Shown here one piece after another: positions 57,179 through 64,000 of a stretch of 64,000 nt of DNA. This DNA is from Octopus vulgaris (lineage: Eukaryota): assembly GCA_951406725.2 (NCBI GenBank), contig OX597821.1, positions 103,850,001 through 103,914,000 on the forward strand. Reading direction: 5' to 3'. Positions within the stretch are counted from its first letter, which is position 1. Each line of letters starts with the position of its first letter. Made by a program: the position numbers and the translations under genes. The notes under the pieces were generated by a model, which was not told the DNA's origin, made no database searches, and worked only from the letters and a program-made list of their open reading frames with translations.

Positions 57179-58513
57179 TAGATAGATAGATATAACGTAT
57201 ATGTTACTTATTCCTCTACCGGTCTCTCTGTCTTTCTCTCTCTACATATATATATATATATATGGAAATAGGGAGAGAAGGAGAGAGAGAAAGATAGGTC
57301 GGAAAATGACTAGTTGTGAAGTACAGAAGTAATGTTACTAAACAGATTGAAGAAAAAAAAAAAAGAAACAAATCAAACTAAGCAGGCTGTTAGATATAGA
57401 GACACATTAGTCGTTTGTGTGAGAGTGGAAGTGAAAAAGAGAGATAGAAAAGACTGAGGAAGTGTGTGAATGAGAGAAATTGATAAAATGCAAGCCTATG
57501 AGAGAGAAACAGCCAGATGGGGAAAGAAAGTGAGAGGGAGGAAAATATGATAGAGGCATTGGTTGTAAAACTTACAAATGCATGATGCAAATAAAGAAGA
57601 AGGTAGATAAATGTATAGACATGTTTATAATTAAATTGACAGAAGGACAGATGCTCAGCTAGGTGGATAGATAAAGGAAATTTGATCGATATATATAAAA
57701 ATAGTCATATACTTTTAGAGCAAACCAGATATAGAAACATACCAACATGTACGCTGTTACATGCGCACATATATATAAAATGGCGTTTTATTTCAGTATT
57801 GATTCATGAGTCATTCTATCAGAAAATTGTGTCTTGATAATTTTCAAATACTATTTTTTCGTAGGTGAATGTATTTTTCTTACCTAGATACATCATATTT
57901 TAATGATAGCATTCTGAATGTGTCCTGGTATCATTGGATTTACGACTTAGTTGAACTTCCTCCAAAATGGACTTCTCATCTTGCAAGGGAGCCAAAAGAG
58001 AATGCATGTGATTGGATCATAATTTCGTATTATATAAAGGTGAAACAGTTCCCTGAAGGCTTTTTTCGGCTCCTCGAATTGTCTCTGGAATCTCATATCA
58101 ATTAAGGATCAATTTACTTTTATACAATAACATATCATACAAATTTCAAATACTTTTTGGTTACAGGGCAACCCTAAATATATTGATGGTTCTTATAATT
58201 TGGGATTTGAAAAATATATGGTTCACTCTTCTTTAGTTGTAACAACACCAGTGACTGATGTAACAACACCAGTGACTGGTGTACTTACTTACGTATGTAT
58301 GTATGTATGTATGTATGTATGTATGTATGTATGTATGTATGTATGTATGTATGTATGCATGCATGCATGCATGCATGTATGTATGTATGTATGTATGTAT
58401 GTATGTATGTATGTATGTATGTATGTATGTATGTATGCATGCATGCATGCATGCATGCATGCATGTATGTATGTATGTATGTATGTATGTATGTATGTAT
58501 GTATGTATGTATG

Positions 58514-58570
<57 letters not shown>

Positions 58571-58664
58571 GTTGTAAGGATTTTTCTCTCCAGCTTCCTG
58601 CTTCCGGATTGAGTTCAACTGCGTGGAACGTTAGGCAAGTGTTTTGTACTACAGGCACAGACGT

Positions 58665-59032
58665 GGAGGTGCAATAAGAAATTTGCTTCACAATCACATG
58701 GTTCTGGGTTCAGTCACATTGCGTGGTACCTTGGGCCAGTGTCTTCCACTATGACTTAGGGCGGACCCTGAAGGAAGCCCGTCGTACATATGAATATACT
58801 TATATTTATGTGCGTTTCTGTTTCTATGTTTGTCTCCTACCCACCACCGTGTGATAACTGTTGTTGGTGTGTTTACGTCCCCGTAACCTAGCGGTTTGAC
58901 AAAAGAGTCAAAGAGAATAAGTACAAGTCTTAAAAAAGTATGTCCTGGGATCAATTCTTTCGACTGAAATTATTCAGAGCGTTGCCCCAGCATGGCTGCA
59001 GTCTAATGAGTGAAACAAGTAAATGATAAAAG
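58665..59032 (+). mobile_element. Family B SINE with internal deletion
   Basis: GGGTTCAGTCACATTGCGTGG head; CAGCATGGC..GAAACAAGT tail. Confidence 0.8.
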
Positions 59033-59581
59033 GTATATGTATATGTGTGTATGTTTACGCGTACACACATCCACACATACACACGCAAACACAAACACAA
59101 ACAGACGCACACAAACGCACACACAATCACGAGCACACACACACATATACATATATATATATATATATATGTGTGTGTATACACAGTCGCCATTTGATAA
59201 TTTTGACAGACTCCGTAGAGGTTGAGGTAATTTTAATGAATAAAAAAATTATCGTATATATTATCTGATATGACTTCATAATGTCTATGTTTTTGAAATA
59301 CTTACCTCTAGATATTCTGTGTTATTTCTGTCAGCCTATTTCACTCATTTTTACTACGTAAATTACGTTGGCAATAAATGTGTTTTATTTGTTTTTGTAC
59401 CTTGTTTATGCCCCTTGGTTTCTGGAGTTATGATAAGAGAATTGTTGTGCTGTTATCTATTCACACAGAAACATGCGTCCAGGTTTCATCACTAATCTAC
59501 AGACAATGAGCCTGTTTTGGGGCAAGTGTCTTCTACTATAACCTCAATACGACCAAAAACGGAAACTGAAAGAGATCCGTG

Positions 59582-59617
<36 letters not shown>

Positions 59618-59639
59618 ATATACATATATATATGTACAT

Positions 59640-60362
59640 AAATACATACATGTAAGAGGGATGATCACTAAGTAGACATCCATATGCTAGAATTGGACCC
59701 CCTATGGTCTTACCACTAAGAAATGAATGTTCTCAAGAAAATTTAGCGAACGCCAGAACGTAAGCGAGTAAGACAAATGAAAAGGTACAAAATATACAGA
59801 TTAATCACGAACCAGTTTCGTTGTTACCACTTACGTAATCACTTGCGTAGATGTTCGCAACTCATCAGTGTGATCGTCATAGCAAAATATAATTTGTAGA
59901 ACTATACACGAGACGTCCGCATGAGATTGAACATGTATATAGTTCTACCAATTATATCTGGGGTTATATTTCAAAAGTCTTGATTTTGGCGTGCCAAAAT
60001 ACTGGAAATGATTCTGCAGAAAATAATTCTCTGCAGTGAATTTTGTCGGTTAGAAAACAGTTATTTAAATTTAAAATAAGGGTGAAAAAAGGTGAATATT
60101 AATTTGATTAATATCAATTTAAAACCAGTGGTCTAGCATATCGAAAAATCTGAAGATTCAAAAAAATTATATTATATACATATAAGAGGGATGACCATTA
60201 AGTGGCCATCCATATGCTAGAAGTCGACTCACTATGGTCTTACCACTAAGAAAGGAATGTTCTCAAGAAAATTTAGCAAACGTAATAGGTAACAACGAAA
60301 CTGGTTTGTGATTAATCTGTATATTTTGTATCTTTTCATTTGTCTTGCTCGCTTACGTTCTG
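59640..60362 (-). mobile_element. Tandem and inverted pLTR cluster with canonical hammerhead (59804-59874)
   Basis: ATCACA-CTGATGA-GTTG..CAAC-GAAAC-TG-GT-T-CGTGAT; direct repeat 59645-59751/60175-60282; inverted piece 60288-60362. Confidence 0.8.
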
Positions 60363-61329
60363 AACCCGGAACCATATTGTTGGGAAGCAAACTTCTTGCC
60401 ACATATATATTCGGATGCTGACATATGTAATTACGCATCTTTGCTTCTATCACTTTACATGGCGTTAATCGGTCCGGAGCTATAGCAGAAGACACGAACT
60501 TCAGGTGCCATGCAGTGGGACTCAACCCAGAACCATATAGTTGGAAAACAAACTTCTTGCCACATATATATATTATGGAAATCTCGAATGCTGACACATG
60601 TAATTACGCATCTTTGCTTCCACCACTCTACTTGCTGACATACATATATTGCAAACGGGAAATCTATTATTGGATTATTCGTAATAACTAGGAATTAAAA
60701 ACAAATCATTAACTTAATTCAAACATTTTCATTAGGAACAATGATAAGAAGAGCTAGAAAGCAAAATTAATATTCTATAACGCGTAGCTGTCGAGAGTAA
60801 TTGGCGAAAAGTAGAATGTGTGAAATGGACGGAATATTTGACTTAGGGATAGTACAATATTAATGAGCACACGCATATGAAGTGTTCGCCTGAAAAGTTG
60901 AATGTAAAATGGAATACAAACAATCATGAGAGTATGATCAGACGTCAAATACATTTGTTGTATAACTAATCATACTTGACAGTAGATATTGTTACAATTT
61001 CGTTTAAGCCTCCGACTATTATCATTGTGTTGAGGGAGAGAACAAAGAGGTTTAGACAGTGGTTATCGTCTTAAAGATAAACAAAATATAATAAAATCTG
61101 CGACACCCAGTCAATATAAATGCAGGTGATGTAGTGGGGTTAAGAAGCTTCGATCTGCAACTACGTGGTTTCGGGTCCAGACCCACTCCGCGGCAACTTG
61201 GAAAGTTTTCTCGGTCATTCGATGGAGATGGGATCAGGCGGTTGCTGAGCGGTGGTTCATTAACTGGTGTCAAGTACGCGGTGCATGTCGAGCGCCTTGA
61301 CGGGCGACGGCGCAGCTGGTGCGCGACAC

Positions 61330-61510
61330 TTACTTCTGAACATTGTCAGTCGAGTCGTTTGTCTAGGAGCGGTACGTCTGTCAAACAATAAACGCAGGTG
61401 TCCCAAAGCGAGCTCAGCATGAAGGGAAACCATACGTCGAGCAAAAATTCGATCGATCTTCATTTTTCAGGATGAATAACGGACCGCGAAAATGTGACCC
61501 TTAGATCTTT
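61330..61510 (+). pseudogene. 28S rRNA fragment (domain V region), diverged
   Basis: ACATTGTCAG..GCGGTACGTCTGTCAAACAATAAACGCAGGTGTCCCAAAGCGAGCTCAG..GAAACC..GAGCAAAA..TTTTCAG..GAATA..GACCGCGAAA follows the conserved LSU sequence. Confidence 0.85.
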
Positions 61511-61625
61511 GTGATTGAATTGAGTGAATTTAGTACACACACACACATATGCACACTTGTATATATATAAGTGTGTGTGTTACACTTATATATATATATT
61601 TATGAACGCATGCATGTATGTATAT

Positions 61626-61683
<58 letters not shown>

Positions 61684-62081
61684 TTGTGTGTGTGTGCGTC
61701 ATTACCTTTGTTTTTGTTCTCTCACTGCTTGACAAACGCTCTTGGTTTGTTCACATTCCCTTAACTTAGCAGTTTAGCAAACAAAAACGACAGAATAAGT
61801 AGCAGGCCTAAATAAATACTCAGTATCTCGATTTACATCGCATGTATCCTTACATTTTCTATTCTAGGTGTCACCTTCACTGCCTCGTTAGCATTATACA
61901 TTTATCTCATTGAAGGGCTGAATATACTGTCCTTATTAAACATTTATAAATCTAGAGAAAGCCATTTAGCAATGCAGTGTGGAACACAGCATACGTCATA
62001 AAATAATCCTTTATGAAGCACAAGTTAGAATACGTTTATAAACTATGAAAGGAAAGTCACTAAAAATGGAATGAATTCGAA

Positions 62082-62249
62082 ATGTGGCTGGGTTGTAAAG
62101 AGGTTGCCTAATAACTACATGGTTTTAGGTTCAGTCCCACTGCGTGGCAACTTGGGCAAGTGTCTTCTGTTATAGCTTCGGACCGACCGCAGCCTTGTGA
62201 GTGGATATGGTAGACGGAAACTGAAAGAATCTTGGTGTATATATCTCTC

Positions 62250-62331
<82 letters not shown>

Positions 62332-62945
62332 TAATAAAGGGTTATTTACAACAAGTTGCTTAAAATACATACCGAAAATGTTAGAAATAGCAGCCAAATA
62401 GGTTACCATTACTATTACTACAAAAATAAGTCTCCACAAACAACAGTATCTGTAACCCGTATATGGTAAAAAGAAGAAAGACAACGAAATCACACAGTCT
62501 ACTTTCGATCAATTATGGACGATCGTTTCTGGATTAAATTAATTATATTTCACCCTTTATATGTATCGAATACTTTTACTCCCTTACAATGAATCTAAGA
62601 AACTTCGTTTCGGTGGTACTGTTTTTGTAACTCACGTGGTGAAATTTTGGAGGGAGATACGAATTCGGTTGTCTATATAAATGTGGATATGCTGGCAGAC
62701 TCATATATATATATATATATGTATATATTTGTGTGTGAGGGGTGTCTTGTGTATGTGGTTCTCCCTCATCACTGTTTGACAACCGTTGTTGGTATGTTTA
62801 TATCTCCGTAACTTAGAGGTTCGGCAAAATTGACTCATGGAATAAGAACTGGCTTAAAAAGTAAGTCCTGGGGTCGATTAGTTCGACTAAAACTCCTTCA
62901 AGATGTTGCTCCAGCATGGCCGTACTAAAATGACTGAAACAAGTG
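62082..62945 (+). mobile_element. Family B SINE whose internal (TA)n holds a PLE-like fold-back insertion
   Basis: 5' half 62082-62240, 3' half 62750-62945, insertion about 62326-62700. Confidence 0.75.
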
Positions 62946-63409
62946 AAATAATATAAGAATGTGGAGAATAAAATACAACCGGAAGTAGCATCTTTGAGTG
63001 AGCAGAGATGACCTTTAGTAAATCCAATGTACTTTATATCTAAGTACAATAACTTAAATATTTCACAGAGTAGACATTTACCAAATACATATTTGAATGT
63101 AATGATAATCTGTGGATGAAAACTGCTTAAGAACATGAAATGAAGATATTAGAAAAGAGAACAAAACTTAACCGGAATTAACCTTTTTCGATGAAAAGAA
63201 ATGACATTTACTAAATTTAATGCTTGAGTTAAACAGCAAAATGGACAGAATTAAGAAGAGTGGGAAAATGGAATTATATTTTGAAATGCAAATGATATGA
63301 TATACAAATAATTATGAATAAAGTTACGAGTTTGTACTAATGTATTGCAAGTTTGCTGACGCATTTGTTTCTAAAGGAATCTCAGTTCGCATTAGTAGAT
63401 TGCATGTGT

Positions 63410-63454
<45 letters not shown>

Positions 63455-63455
<1 letters not shown>

Positions 63456-63812
63456 TATAATCAAAAAGGGCAATAATATAGATTACTACCAGTGGCCCAG
63501 CACAAAGGACGAATTAGTCATTAGAGAAAATATTATTCATATAGAAATATAATTAAGGGCTCCTAAATAAGGATGCCAAGTGCTAGGGACACATAAAAGG
63601 GATAAATTTATCGAGAGTGAAAATCAAAAACATTTACCAATAACGATACATCCCGGACTGATCAGTTTCTACCTCTTTCTAGCAAAACAAACCGAATATG
63701 TTTGCTAAGGCCGGTTTCATCAGCGAGACGCCTAAGTTACATCGAGATGCGCAGCGCGTTAGACCATGTGTTGATCTCAACATCCTTATTTAGGAGCCCT
63801 TAATTATATTAT
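63455..63812. mobile_element. Fold-back element with canonical hammerhead (63654-63725, minus)
   Basis: Perfect 29-30-bp inverted repeat 63547-63575/63781-63810; CG-CTGATGA-AACC..GGTA-GAA-ACTGATCAGT-C-CG; tail 63455-63545. Confidence 0.85.
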
Positions 63813-64000
63813 AATATATATATATATACACATATATATAAACATATATGACCAAAATGTACTTACGCCGCTATATTTTATATATAAAAAATACAAAAAT
63901 GGGACAAGAACACAAAACATTCAGACAGACGACACAAAGAAAACAAGGACGGATCATTCGGAGTTTTCTATCCTCAGTCGATTTCCAGATTATCTTTCGG

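Noticed and set aside
57869-58105. 78-aa ORF in unique sequence
   Set aside because: No recognisable domain and no consistent splice frame.
58238-58281. 21-bp tandem duplication GTAACAACACCAGTGACTG, also considered as CRISPR-like
   Set aside because: Only two units with no spacers in a eukaryotic context; simple slippage.
60363-60620. ~90-bp direct repeat
   Set aside because: Local duplication of a family B SINE head and flank, with no further structure.

Overview
Eukaryotic, very AT-rich, microsatellite-saturated DNA that looks intronic or intergenic. The SINE repertoire suggests an octopus-type cephalopod genome (inference from memory, not a search). No intact host gene is recognisable, and almost all short ORFs are translations of (TA)n, (TATC)n, (TACA)n or (CAT)n repeats. 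The best coding feature is a young, 5'-truncated Neptune-like Penelope-like element (PLE; RT plus GIY-YIG, 25620-29155) with a ~1.05-kb inverted second copy. The most striking pattern is a set of short, non-coding fold-back insertions in (TA)n tracts that repeat this architecture: two outward-facing 3' ends, only one carrying an extra 3' tail. About 13 loci, many in these insertions, carry minimal hammerhead-ribozyme motifs, and the core 3-8 pair appears as C-G, U-A and G-C in different families. Other retroelements occupy other microsatellites: an R4/Dong-like REL-endonuclease LINE in (TACA)n and a Tx1/L1-like LINE in (TATC)n. Also present are decayed mariner and DD37D transposases, MITEs, non-autonomous Helitrons, RTE and CR1 fragments, three SINE families, a U6 pseudogene and a 28S rRNA fragment inside a SINE. 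All calls were made by eye and coordinates may be off by a few bases.
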